64,000 bases of DNA. Origin: Acetobacteraceae bacterium (GTDB lineage Bacteria; Pseudomonadota; Alphaproteobacteria; Acetobacterales; Acetobacteraceae). Each line of letters starts with the position of its first letter. Position 1 is the stretch's first letter. The notes under the pieces are model-generated. The model had not been told where the DNA came from, did no database searches, and saw only the letters and a list, made by a program, of their open reading frames with translations. The stretch lies in contig DATHNE010000207.1 in NCBI GenBank assembly GCA_035486355.1, positions 521 through 64,520 of the forward strand, in the 5' to 3' direction. Position numbers and translations under genes: made by a program. This document shows positions 47,460 to 56,329 of this stretch, piece by piece.

Positions 47460-48454
47460 CCGAACGCGGCCTCACCGTCGCTGCCGCCCAGCTCGGGCCG
47501 ATCCAGCAAGCCGAACCGCGCAGTGTCGCGGTGGAGCGCATGGTGCGATTGATGGCGCGCGCGCATCAGCGTGGCGTGGAGCTGGTGGTGTTCCCCGAGT
47601 TGGCGCTGACCACCTTCTTCCCGCGGCACGATCACGCCGATATCGCCGAGGCGGATCATTGGTTCGAGACGGCGATGCCGTCGAATGAGACCGCACCACT
47701 GTTCGCGGCGGCGCGTAAATATGGCATCGGCTTTCACCTCGGCTACGCCGAGATCGCGCACGAGCCAGATGAGAACGGCACGGTGCAGAAGCGCCGCTTC
47801 AACACCTCGATCCTGGTGAACCCGGACGGCGACATCCTGCTGAAGTACCGCAAAGTGCACCTGCCAGGTCATGCCGAATTCGATCCGAAGCGCAAGGTGC
47901 AGCATCTGGAGAAGCGCTATTTCGAGGTGGGCAATCTCGGTTTTCCGGTGATCCGCGCGCCAATGGGTGGGCTGCCAGGGATCAACATGGGGATGATGAT
48001 CTGCAATGACCGTCGCTGGCCGGAGGCGTGGCGTGTGCTGGGACTGCAAAGCGTCGAGCTGGTCATGCTGGGATACAACACCCCAAGCCTCAACATGGAG
48101 TCTGGCGGGTTCGAGGCGCATCATCTGCGCGTGTTCCACTCGCATCTGTCGATCCAGGCGGGGTGTTATCAGAATGCCTGTTTCGCCGTGGCAACGGCGA
48201 AGGCGGGGACCGAGGATGGGTGCGAGCTGTTCGGGCATTCGATTATCGTCAATCCACAGGGCGAGATCATCGCCATGGCGACGAGCTGGGACGACGAGCT
48301 GATCACCGCAGACTGCAATCTGGACATGTGCACGCTGGGGCGCACGACGATCTTCGCGTTTGACAAGCACCGGCGGCCGGAGGCGTATACGCGGATCACC
48401 GGACAGGTAGGAGCGGTTGCGCCTCCGGAATGGTATAAGCGCGCGGCGGAGTAG
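47456..48454 (+). CDS. N-carbamoyl-D-amino-acid hydrolase (nitrilase superfamily)
   Basis: TTG start 8 nt after GGAG. Colinear with Agrobacterium D-carbamoylase (VFPELALTTFFPR, RRFNTSIL, YRK.HLPGH, HLEKRYFE.G.LGFPV, ICNDRRWPEAWRV.GL, GYNTP). Confidence 0.9.
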   Translation: MTERGLTVAAAQLGPIQQAEPRSVAVERMVRLMARAHQRGVELVVFPELALTTFFPRHDHADIAEADHWFETAMPSNETAPLFAAARKYGIGFHLGYAEIAHEPDENGTVQKRRFNTSILVNPDGDILLKYRKVHLPGHAEFDPKRKVQHLEKRYFEVGNLGFPVIRAPMGGLPGINMGMMICNDRRWPEAWRVLGLQSVELVMLGYNTPSLNMESGGFEAHHLRVFHSHLSIQAGCYQNACFAVATAKAGTEDGCELFGHSIIVNPQGEIIAMATSWDDELITADCNLDMCTLGRTTIFAFDKHRRPEAYTRITGQVGAVAPPEWYKRAAE

Positions 48455-48470
48455 CCGGGCCTCCGTTCCC

Positions 48471-48583
48471 GTGTCATTGCGAGGAGTGCCGCGACGACGC
48501 AATCTCGATCCGGGGTGGCACCTCCGCGCGGAGTGCTCCATCACCGAGATGGCTTCGTCGTTGCGCTGCTCGCGATGATCGTC
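48471..48583. repeat. inverted pair of REP-like units (GTCATTGCGAG... type)
   Basis: GTGTCATTGCGAGGAGTGCCGCGACGACGCAATCTCGATC (48471-48510) and the imperfect inverted copy GAGATGGCTTCGTCGTTGCGCTGCTCGCGATGATC (48546-48580). Confidence 0.6.
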
Positions 48584-48885
48584 GCGGGTGCCCTACTCGC
48601 GAGTTCCCCACGTTCGCATTTCAGTAAGAATTTCGTGCCACTTTGCCCGCGCGGCGACCCGGTCGAACCGCGATTTCGGCAAGACGCGCCGGTCCATCAC
48701 AGTCTCGGAGTTGTTCCCATGCGTTCGATCGGCGCTGTCACCAGCCAACCGTGGCCGTCTGCCCCACCGCCGCGGACCACGAAAGTCGATCGAGATGGCG
48801 ACCACGACAACAACGCGCCCGACCACGATGCAGCGCAGGCGCAGGGCGCATCGGGGGGCCCCCGCGCGGGCACACGACGGCCTGA

Positions 48886-49533
48886 TCAGCCCCCGGTCGG
48901 GGCCATCGCCAGCGCCAATGCGGCAGCGGCCTGGCAGGGCTCGATCACCGGCACGCCGGCTTCGCGTTCGACGATGGCGCGGTGATGCGCCATGCCGGTG
49001 CAGCCCAGGATCACCGTCCCGGCGCCCGCCGCCGCGCAGGCACGGGCCGCGTTGATCAGCCGCACACGCGCCGTCTCGGGCTCCAGCAGCGCGTCCATTG
49101 TCACGTTCAGTGCGACCTCGGCCGCGAGCCGTGCCTCCAGGCCCATCGCCCGCAGCGCCGCTATATGGCGCGCCTTCGATGCATCGACGATGGCGATGAC
49201 GCCGAACCGCTCCGCCCGCGCCACCGCAGCCGCGACCGCCGACCGGAACACGCCCAGCACCGGGCGCGGCGTGACGCTACGCACCGCCTCGATCCCCGGA
49301 TCCGACGCACAGGCGATCACGTAGACATCGGCTGTCTCGCGCTCGACGCGGCGGCACAGCGGCTCCACCACCGCATGCCAATCGCGCCACGTGTAGATCG
49401 CGGGCGGCCCATCCGGGAGATCCACCACGTCAATTGCCGGCCCGCCCACACGCCGAAATCCTGCGACAGCGGCATTGATCCCCGCCGTGCAATTGGACGA
49501 TCTGTTCGGATTGATCAGCAGAATACGTGCCAT
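48886..49533 (-). CDS. Asp/Glu/hydantoin racemase family protein
   Basis: 215 aa. MARILLINPN, with two catalytic-type cysteines in VIACASDPG and VILGCTGM. Confidence 0.85.
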   Translation of the reverse strand: MARILLINPNRSSNCTAGINAAVAGFRRVGGPAIDVVDLPDGPPAIYTWRDWHAVVEPLCRRVERETADVYVIACASDPGIEAVRSVTPRPVLGVFRSAVAAAVARAERFGVIAIVDASKARHIAALRAMGLEARLAAEVALNVTMDALLEPETARVRLINAARACAAAGAGTVILGCTGMAHHRAIVEREAGVPVIEPCQAAAALALAMAPTGG

Positions 49534-49640
49534 GCAAGCAGTCTTCCGCCTCTGGCGCCGTTCGGCAAGCGCGCCGATATGGAGTGGGCGTCCCAGCTGG
49601 ACTATGCCGGGCGCCGCCCTTCCGCCGCAAGGACACCGCG

Positions 49641-50060
49641 ATGGCCATCACGCGCTGGCAGCCCGACCGCACGAGCCCCCTGCCGCCCTGGCCGGTGCCC
49701 ACCGTCGGCACGGCGCTGGCCCGCGGCCTGCTGGGCCGCTGCCCCGCCTGCGGCAAAACGCATCTGTTCGCCGGCTTCTTGCGCGTGGTGAATGAATGCG
49801 CCAACTGCCACGCCCCGCTGGGCAGCGCGCGGGCCGATGATGCGCCGCCGTATTTCGTCACCCTGATTTCCGGCCACATCATCATCCCGGCGATGCTGGT
49901 CACACAAAAGCTGGCCAACCCGTCCAACCTGGCGCTGACCCTGGTGTTTGTGCCGTTGACAGTGGTGCTCGCCCTGGGCTTGCTGCGCCCGGTCAAGGGC
50001 GGGGTGCTGGCGGTGATGGTGGCGATGGGAATGCTGGAACCGACACCGACGACGGAATGA
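49641..50060 (+). CDS. DUF983 domain membrane protein
   Basis: Start moved to ATG 49641. CPACGKTHLF...CANC zinc-ribbon-like motif followed by two TM segments. Confidence 0.78.
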   Translation: MAITRWQPDRTSPLPPWPVPTVGTALARGLLGRCPACGKTHLFAGFLRVVNECANCHAPLGSARADDAPPYFVTLISGHIIIPAMLVTQKLANPSNLALTLVFVPLTVVLALGLLRPVKGGVLAVMVAMGMLEPTPTTE

Positions 50061-50551
50061 CCAAGCCGGAGGCCACCCGGCTGCTGCGCGTGTTACTGGA
50101 AGGCGAGGCGCTCACCCGCCTGTCGCCGATCCTTGAAGCCGACCGTGCGCAGGCGGTCGCCGATCTGGAAGCCGAGAACAATTTCGCGCCCGTGGCGAAA
50201 TCGGTGGCGCGTGCCCCCGGCGGACCATACGACCTGCGTCTGTCGATCTGGGAAGGCCGGCTGATGTTCGATGTGCGTGGTGCGGATGGCACGAAGGTGC
50301 AGACGCTAGGCTTGGCGCTTGGACCGTTTCGCGGCCTGATCAAGGACTACCAGATGTTGATGGACAGCCATGTCAAGGCGGTCGAAGAGGGGCGCGAGGC
50401 ACGCATCCAGGCGATCGACATGGGGCGTCGCGGACTACACAACGAAGGCGCGACGCTGCTGCGGCAGCGACTGGACGGACGGATCGCGATCGACTTCGAC
50501 ACCGCGCGCCGCCTGTTCACGCTGGTCTGCGTGCTGCACGCGCGGCGCTGA
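50057..50551 (+). CDS. UPF0262 family protein
   Basis: ATGA overlap with the upstream gene. LSPILEADRAQAVADLEAEN.F..., IQAIDMGRRGLHNEG and DFDTARRLFTL.CVLH match the alphaproteobacterial UPF0262 family. Confidence 0.85.
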   Translation: MTKPEATRLLRVLLEGEALTRLSPILEADRAQAVADLEAENNFAPVAKSVARAPGGPYDLRLSIWEGRLMFDVRGADGTKVQTLGLALGPFRGLIKDYQMLMDSHVKAVEEGREARIQAIDMGRRGLHNEGATLLRQRLDGRIAIDFDTARRLFTLVCVLHARR

Positions 50552-50575
50552 CGGGCGTGCGGGAGGATCGGTGTC

Positions 50576-51670
50576 ATGCGCGTTGATGGCGTTGCCTATC
50601 GCACCATCTGGGTTGACCCGGCGGATGGCTGGTCGGTGCGCATCATCGACCAGACCAAGCTGCCCTGGGCGATGGAGACTCCGCGCCTGACCGAGCCCGG
50701 CCAGATGGTCCACGCGATCAAATCGATGCAGGTGCGCGGCGCGCCGCTGATTGGCGCGGCGGCGGCATATGGCCTGGCGCTGGCGCTACGCCAGGACGCC
50801 TCGACCGAGGCGATGGAAAGCGCGGCGGCGCGGCTCGCTGGCGCGCGGCCCACCGCGATCAATCTGCGCTGGGCCATCACGCGCATGCTCACGCGGCTGC
50901 GCAACACCGCGCCGTCGGGCCGCGTTGCCGCGGCCTATGCTGAGGCGGCAGCGATCGCGGATGAGGATGTGGCACACTGTGAGGCGATCGGTCGGCACGG
51001 GGCCGAATTGATCACCGCGGCTGCGGATGGCGCGCCGGGCCGGCCGGTGAACGTGCTGACGCATTGCAATGCCGGCTGGCTCGCGACAGTGGATTGGGGC
51101 ACCGCGCTGGCGCCGATCTATCGCGCGCAGGAGCAGGGTATCGACCTGCATGTCTGGGTCGATGAAACGCGGCCGCGCAATCAGGGCGCCGCGCTGACGG
51201 CCTGGGAACTCGGCAGCCACGGCGTGGCGCACACGGTCGTCGCGGACAATGCTGGTGGGCATCTGATGCAGCACGGCCAGGTCGATCTCGCAATCGTCGG
51301 CGCCGATCGCGTCACGCGCGCCGGCGATGTGGCCAACAAGGTCGGCACCTATCTGAAGGCGCTGGCCGCGCGCGATAACGCGGTGCCGTTCTGGGTCGCG
51401 GTGCCCGGCTCGACGATCGACTGGACCGTGTCCGACGGCGTGGCGGAAATTCCGATCGAGGAACGCGACACTGCCGAAGTGACCGACATCACCGGTCGTG
51501 CGGCGGATGGCACCATCACCACGGTGCGCATCGCCGCCGCCGGCAGTCCCGCCGCCAATCCGGCCTTCGATGTGACGCCGGCGCGGCTCGTCACCGGCCT
51601 GATCACCGAACGTGGTCGCTGCGATGCCAGTGCCGCCGGGTTGGCGGGGCTGTTTCCTGAGCTCGCGTGA
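50576..51670 (+). CDS. mtnA: S-methyl-5-thioribose-1-phosphate isomerase
   Basis: IIDQTKLP, MQVRGAPLIGAAAAYGLAL, THCNAG.LAT, ETRP.NQGA.LTAWEL, GADR...GD.ANK.GTY. Confidence 0.9.
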   Translation: MRVDGVAYRTIWVDPADGWSVRIIDQTKLPWAMETPRLTEPGQMVHAIKSMQVRGAPLIGAAAAYGLALALRQDASTEAMESAAARLAGARPTAINLRWAITRMLTRLRNTAPSGRVAAAYAEAAAIADEDVAHCEAIGRHGAELITAAADGAPGRPVNVLTHCNAGWLATVDWGTALAPIYRAQEQGIDLHVWVDETRPRNQGAALTAWELGSHGVAHTVVADNAGGHLMQHGQVDLAIVGADRVTRAGDVANKVGTYLKALAARDNAVPFWVAVPGSTIDWTVSDGVAEIPIEERDTAEVTDITGRAADGTITTVRIAAAGSPAANPAFDVTPARLVTGLITERGRCDASAAGLAGLFPELA

Positions 51671-51865
51671 TCCGCCGCCCGATGGCACCGGCCTGTCGCG
51701 CTCTCAGACCATGGTGTATGGCGTGATGCTGGAAATGGTGTCCAACATGCTGAAGGTGGGGAAGCTGGCCTTGATCGTGCGTATTGTTGCAACTCCGGAA
51801 TGTCTTGTCCAAGCCCGACAGGCACAGAATGTCACCGGTAACCCATCGACGATCGGGGAGTGGCG

Positions 51866-52675
51866 ATGAAGCGCATCCTGCTGCTGATGCTGCTGGGCGG
51901 CCTCGCCGCCTGCGCAACGCCAACCCCGCCCGACGCGCGCGTCCCGCCTTTCGCGCGCGTGCCCTACGAGCCGATCAGTCGCGACGCGGTGGTGGCGATT
52001 GCTCTGCGCGAATGGCGCCTGTTTAGCTCGCCCGTCGATGACGATCCACCCGGCACGCGCCCAGCCCCCCTGCCCGACGACAAGCCCGAGCGCGTGCAGG
52101 GCCTGTGGCAGCGCGTGGGTGAATACTGGTGGCTGGGGATGAATGTCGGCAGCCCGGAAGCCGCGTGGACCGGCAAACATGACGCGCAGGGCACTGTGTT
52201 TCCCGCGAATGTCGATGGGGACTACGCCTGGTCGGCCGCGTTCGTGTCGTACGTGATGCGCATCGCCGGCGCCGGCAGCCGCTTTCCGTACGCCCCCAAT
52301 CACGCGACCTATATTAACATCGCCAAGCAGATGGCGCTCGGGCAGACCTCCGGCTGGATCATCACCGCCGAGCGGCCCGAGAGCTATGCGCCCCAACCGG
52401 GTGACCTGATCTGCGAAGCCCGCGGCAGCGCCCGTGCGCTGCGCTATGACGATCTGCCGGCACCGTCATTTCCCGGCCATTGCGATATTGTAGTGGATAC
52501 GAGCGTTCCGGGAGCGATCTCAGTGATCGGCGGCAATGTTGATGATGCCGTCACAATGAAACATGTGCCGGTGACGCAGGATGGCAAGCTGGCGATGCCG
52601 AATGGGCAAGTGCTGGACACCCGCTATCCGTGGATGGTGGTGCTGCGATTGCTGGCGCCGGCGCCAGTCGCATAG
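51866..52675 (+). CDS. DUF2272 domain lipoprotein
   Basis: ATG 51866 lies 5 nt after GGGGAG (GTG 51860 alternative). Lipobox LLGGLAAC. WSAAFVSYVM...GHCDIVV...IGGNV is typical of DUF2272. Confidence 0.78.
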   Translation: MKRILLLMLLGGLAACATPTPPDARVPPFARVPYEPISRDAVVAIALREWRLFSSPVDDDPPGTRPAPLPDDKPERVQGLWQRVGEYWWLGMNVGSPEAAWTGKHDAQGTVFPANVDGDYAWSAAFVSYVMRIAGAGSRFPYAPNHATYINIAKQMALGQTSGWIITAERPESYAPQPGDLICEARGSARALRYDDLPAPSFPGHCDIVVDTSVPGAISVIGGNVDDAVTMKHVPVTQDGKLAMPNGQVLDTRYPWMVVLRLLAPAPVA

Positions 52676-52908
52676 CCGCGCCGCCGGCTCGCCTCGGGCC
52701 GTCGGCCGCGCGTGGCTACCGGCGTTCGATCACCGTGACCGCACACGTGATCCGCGGCGACGGTCGAGAACTCGCCGCCGTGTTCGCGGATGATCTGACG
52801 ACCATTGAGCGGATCGACCGTGCCTTGGAGGCGCTCGTACCACTGGCTGTGGCGGCGCAAGCGAAGCTCTCAGACGAGCCGCCCGCGTCAGGCCTACCGC
52901 AGTGACGA

Positions 52909-53964
52909 TCAGCGCGGCTCCAGGCTGCGCCATCGTTTCACGTTCACATCATGCTGCGCCAGCGTGCGCGCGAACACATGCCCGCCGGTCCCATCCGCGA
53001 CGAAATACAGATCATCGCTCACCATCGGATGCAGCACTGCGTTCAGGCTTGCCAGTCCCGGCGCACAGATCGGCCCCGGCGGCAGCCCTTTCATCCGATA
53101 TGTATTATACGGACTGTCGAGTTCCAACTCCGCGCGCGTCAGCGGATGATCCAGCACCCCCAGCCCATCACTCGCCGCATACACCACGGTTGAATCCGCC
53201 TGCAGCCGCATCCTCAGCCGCAACCGGTTGAGAAGCACCGCCGCGATATGTGCCCGCTCCTCCGGATTCGCTGTCTCACGTTCCACGATGCTGGCGAGGA
53301 TCACCGCATCGCGCGGTGACGCCGGCGGCAAATTCGGTGCACGCCCGGCCCAAGCCGTCGCCAATGCCTGGGCTTGCGCCGCCGCGGCCCGCGCCAGCAA
53401 TTGCGCCCGCGTCGCGCCGTACTCATAGGCATAGGTCTGCGGCAGCAGCACGCCCTCGGCCGATACATCCGCCGAACCAGTCAGCGCCTCGGCATGCGCC
53501 AGCAGTGCCGTGATCTGCCGCGCGGTCAGCCCTTCCGGAATCGTCAACCGATGCTCGACGGGCCGTGCAGTGCGCAGGATCGTCAGCACCTCGCGCAACG
53601 ACGCATGCGCCGGAAACGCCAGCTCCGCCGCATGGATCGGGCCGGCGCGCACCGTGGCCAGCATCGCCAACCGGAATGCCAATTGCGTACCGATCACCCG
53701 CGCCGCATGCAGTGCCTTCGCGACACGCGGCGTGCCGGCCCGCGGCACCACCACATCACGCGCCTCGGCCAACGGCCCTGGCATGGTGTAGACATGCCGT
53801 GCGCCCAGCGCCGCACCGCCGGCCACCGCCGCCAGCACGGCCACGGTCACAACAACGGAAACACCCCAGCGATGACGGCGCGTTGGCGGCGGACCGTCCT
53901 TCGGTGGTGCGTCCTCAGGCGGCGGCGCGGAAGATGACAGAGGCGTTGGTTCCGCCGAACCCAA
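52909..53964 (-). CDS. mltG: endolytic murein transglycosylase MltG (YceG-like)
   Basis: One N-terminal TM, then SPYNTYRMKGLPPGPI and LYFVADGTGGHVF motifs. The only ATG start (53964) overlaps the last 50 nt of fabF, so the exact start is uncertain. Confidence 0.85.
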   Translation of the reverse strand: MGSAEPTPLSSSAPPPEDAPPKDGPPPTRRHRWGVSVVVTVAVLAAVAGGAALGARHVYTMPGPLAEARDVVVPRAGTPRVAKALHAARVIGTQLAFRLAMLATVRAGPIHAAELAFPAHASLREVLTILRTARPVEHRLTIPEGLTARQITALLAHAEALTGSADVSAEGVLLPQTYAYEYGATRAQLLARAAAAQAQALATAWAGRAPNLPPASPRDAVILASIVERETANPEERAHIAAVLLNRLRLRMRLQADSTVVYAASDGLGVLDHPLTRAELELDSPYNTYRMKGLPPGPICAPGLASLNAVLHPMVSDDLYFVADGTGGHVFARTLAQHDVNVKRWRSLEPR

Positions 53965-55177
53965 AACTATTGGACAGGGCCACGTTGATCTTGCGCGGCT
54001 GCGCCTGGTTCGCCACCCGATCGATCACGCTCGCGCGGCTGGGTGCATCCAGGTTCAGCGTCGGCGGCGCTACGCCATCGCGAATCGCCAGGATCGAGAA
54101 GATCCCCTCTACCGCGCCGGCCGCGCCCAGCAGATGCCCGACCGCCGATTTGGTTGACGACATCGCCAATCCATTTGCCGCATCGCCGAACAGCCGCTCC
54201 ACCGCTTCCAGCTCCAGATCGTCGCCCAGCGGCGTCGACGTGCCGTGCGCATTCACGTACTGGATGTCCGCCGGGGTGAACCCGCCATTCTTCATTGCGG
54301 CACGCATCGAGCGGAACGCGCCGTCATGGCCCTCAGCCGGCGCGGTGATGTGATACGCGTCGCCCGACATACCGTAGCCCGCAACTTCGGCATAGACCTT
54401 CGCGCCGCGCGCCTTGGCGTGCTCGTATTCTTCCAGCACGACCACGCCCGCGCCCTCGCCCATCACGAAGCCGTCACGATCCTTGTCCCACGGCCGCGAC
54501 GCCTTTGCCGGCTGATCGTTGAACGCGGTCGACAGCGCGCGCGACGCGCAGAACCCGGCAATGCCGATCTCGCACACCGCCGCCTCGGCGCCGCCCGCCA
54601 CCATCACATCGGCATCGCCCAGCATGATCAGCCGCGACGCGTCACCGATCGCATGCACGCCGGTCGCACACGCGGTCACGGCCGAATGGTTCGGCCCCTT
54701 GAAGCCGTACTTGATCGAAACGTGGCCGGAACCAAGATTGATCAGCGAGGACGGAATGAAGAACGGTGACAGCCGCCGCGCCTTGCCCGACGCCACCTGC
54801 AGCGCAGCTTCATAAATGGTCTGCAAGCCACCGATGCCGGAGCCGATCATCACGCCCGTGGCACAACGATCGTCCTCGTCTGTGGGCATCCAGCCGGAAT
54901 CCTCCACCGCCTCGGTCGCCGCGACCAAGGCAAAATGGATGAACCGATCCATTTTCTTCACATCTTTGACCGGGATCCACTCGGCGATGTCCAGCCGCCC
55001 ATCGGCCTTGGTGCCCTGTGGCACCTGGCCGGCAACCTTGCACGGCAGATCCTTGGTATCGAACGATTGGATCGCGGAGAGGCCCGATTCGCCGTTGATC
55101 AGGCGACGCCAGACATTCTCGACGCCCAGGCCAAGGGGACAGGCAATGCCCATGCCCGTCACCACCACGCGGCGCAT
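53915..55177 (-). CDS. fabF: beta-ketoacyl-ACP synthase II
   Basis: Start moved to ATG 55177 (MRRVVVTGMG). Active-site Cys region AVTACATG, then HGTSTP and NSFGFGGTN. 420 aa. Confidence 0.95.
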   Translation of the reverse strand: MRRVVVTGMGIACPLGLGVENVWRRLINGESGLSAIQSFDTKDLPCKVAGQVPQGTKADGRLDIAEWIPVKDVKKMDRFIHFALVAATEAVEDSGWMPTDEDDRCATGVMIGSGIGGLQTIYEAALQVASGKARRLSPFFIPSSLINLGSGHVSIKYGFKGPNHSAVTACATGVHAIGDASRLIMLGDADVMVAGGAEAAVCEIGIAGFCASRALSTAFNDQPAKASRPWDKDRDGFVMGEGAGVVVLEEYEHAKARGAKVYAEVAGYGMSGDAYHITAPAEGHDGAFRSMRAAMKNGGFTPADIQYVNAHGTSTPLGDDLELEAVERLFGDAANGLAMSSTKSAVGHLLGAAGAVEGIFSILAIRDGVAPPTLNLDAPSRASVIDRVANQAQPRKINVALSNSFGFGGTNASVIFRAAA

Positions 55178-55205
55178 TGTTACCGTACTCCTGAACGGAC
55201 CTGAA

Positions 55206-55445
55206 TCAGGGCACTTTCTGCTTCTCGATATATTCGATCGCATCCTTCACGGTGGCGATCTTCTCGGCCGCATCCTCGGGGATTTCGACGCTGAACGCCT
55301 CCTCGAAGGCCATCACCAGCTCGACCGTGTCGAGACTGTCCGCACCGAGATCATCGATGAACGATGCCTCCGGCGTGACCTTCGCCTCCTCCACACCGAG
55401 GTGTTCGACCACGATCTTCTTCACCCGGTCCGCGATCTCGCTCAT
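55206..55445 (-). CDS. acpP: acyl carrier protein
   Basis: Start moved to ATG 55445 (MSEIADRVK). [11 protein letters not shown] phosphopantetheine attachment site. 79 aa. Confidence 0.95.
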   Translation of the reverse strand: MSEIADRVKKIVVEHLGVEEAKVTPEASFIDDLGADSLDTVELVMAFEEAFSVEIPEDAAEKIATVKDAIEYIEKQKVP

Positions 55446-55579
55446 CGGCGCTACCACTCCTGCCTGATTCGATGGGGTCAAAACCGACCCTGATTTATGT
55501 TGCCGTCCGGCGACGCTGCCCGGCGCTTAGCATGGTTTCCCCGCCGCCGCCAACACGCAGAGGGACCCGGGCGGGGTCG

Positions 55580-56317
55580 TCATATCATTGCCATGCCGCC
55601 ATTGACATGCAGCGTGGCGCCGGTGATCCAGCCGGCCTCGTCCGAGGCGAGGAAGACGACTGCGGCGGCGATGTCGGCTGGTACCCCGAGTCGGCCCAGC
55701 GGGATGGCGCTGGTTAGCTTTGTGCGCTGCGCCTCGCCCAGGGCGTCGGTCATCGGCGTGACGATGAAGCCCGGCGCCACGGCGTTCACGGTGATGCCGC
55801 GGGAGGCAACCTCCTGCGCCAGCGCCTTGGTCATGCCGATCAACCCGGCCTTGGCTGCGGCATAATTGGCCTGGCCGGGGTTGCCGGTCGCGCCGACGAT
55901 GCTGCCGATATTGATGATCCGCCCGGCACGCCGCCGCAGCATGCCGCGCAGTGTGGCGCGTGCCAGGCGGAACGGGGCGGCCAGATCGACGTTCAGCACG
56001 GCGTCCCAGTCCGCGTCGAGGATCCGCAGCGCCAGCCGGTCGCGCGTCAGGCCGGCATTGTTCACCAGGATCGTCAGCGGCCCGGCCGCGGCCTCGGCGG
56101 CCTCGATCAGCGTCTCCGCGGCGGCGGGATCGCTCAGATCGGCTGGGCACACATGCGCGCGATCCCCCAACTCTCCCGCGAGCGAGTCGAGCACATCGCG
56201 GCGCGTGCCGGACAGCACCACAGCGGCACCCTGGGCGTTCAGGGCCCGCGCGATGCCCGCCCCGATGCCGCCCGAGGCGCCGGTCACCAGCGCGGTCTTG
56301 CCATCCAGTTGGAACAT
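55580..56317 (-). CDS. fabG: 3-oxoacyl-ACP reductase
   Basis: TGASGGIG, NNAG, S...YAAAKAG. Position between fabD and acpP. Confidence 0.93.
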   Translation of the reverse strand: MFQLDGKTALVTGASGGIGAGIARALNAQGAAVVLSGTRRDVLDSLAGELGDRAHVCPADLSDPAAAETLIEAAEAAAGPLTILVNNAGLTRDRLALRILDADWDAVLNVDLAAPFRLARATLRGMLRRRAGRIINIGSIVGATGNPGQANYAAAKAGLIGMTKALAQEVASRGITVNAVAPGFIVTPMTDALGEAQRTKLTSAIPLGRLGVPADIAAAVVFLASDEAGWITGATLHVNGGMAMI

Positions 56318-56329
56318 GGCAGCGATCCC

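Noticed and set aside
48515-48985. 156-aa plus ORF spanning the carbamoylase-racemase spacer
   Set aside because: Its 5' part translates the REP units, its 3' part is antisense to the racemase gene, and its composition is Pro/Arg/Ala-rich. Only the unexplained middle is kept, as a low-interest finding.
53915-53964. 50-nt overlap between the fabF 3' end and the mltG 5' end as a possible frameshift or assembly problem
   Set aside because: Both ORFs are intact with full-length family motifs. The only canonical mltG start upstream of its TM helix is ATG 53964, so I treat this as a genuine or start-ambiguous overlap rather than an anomaly.
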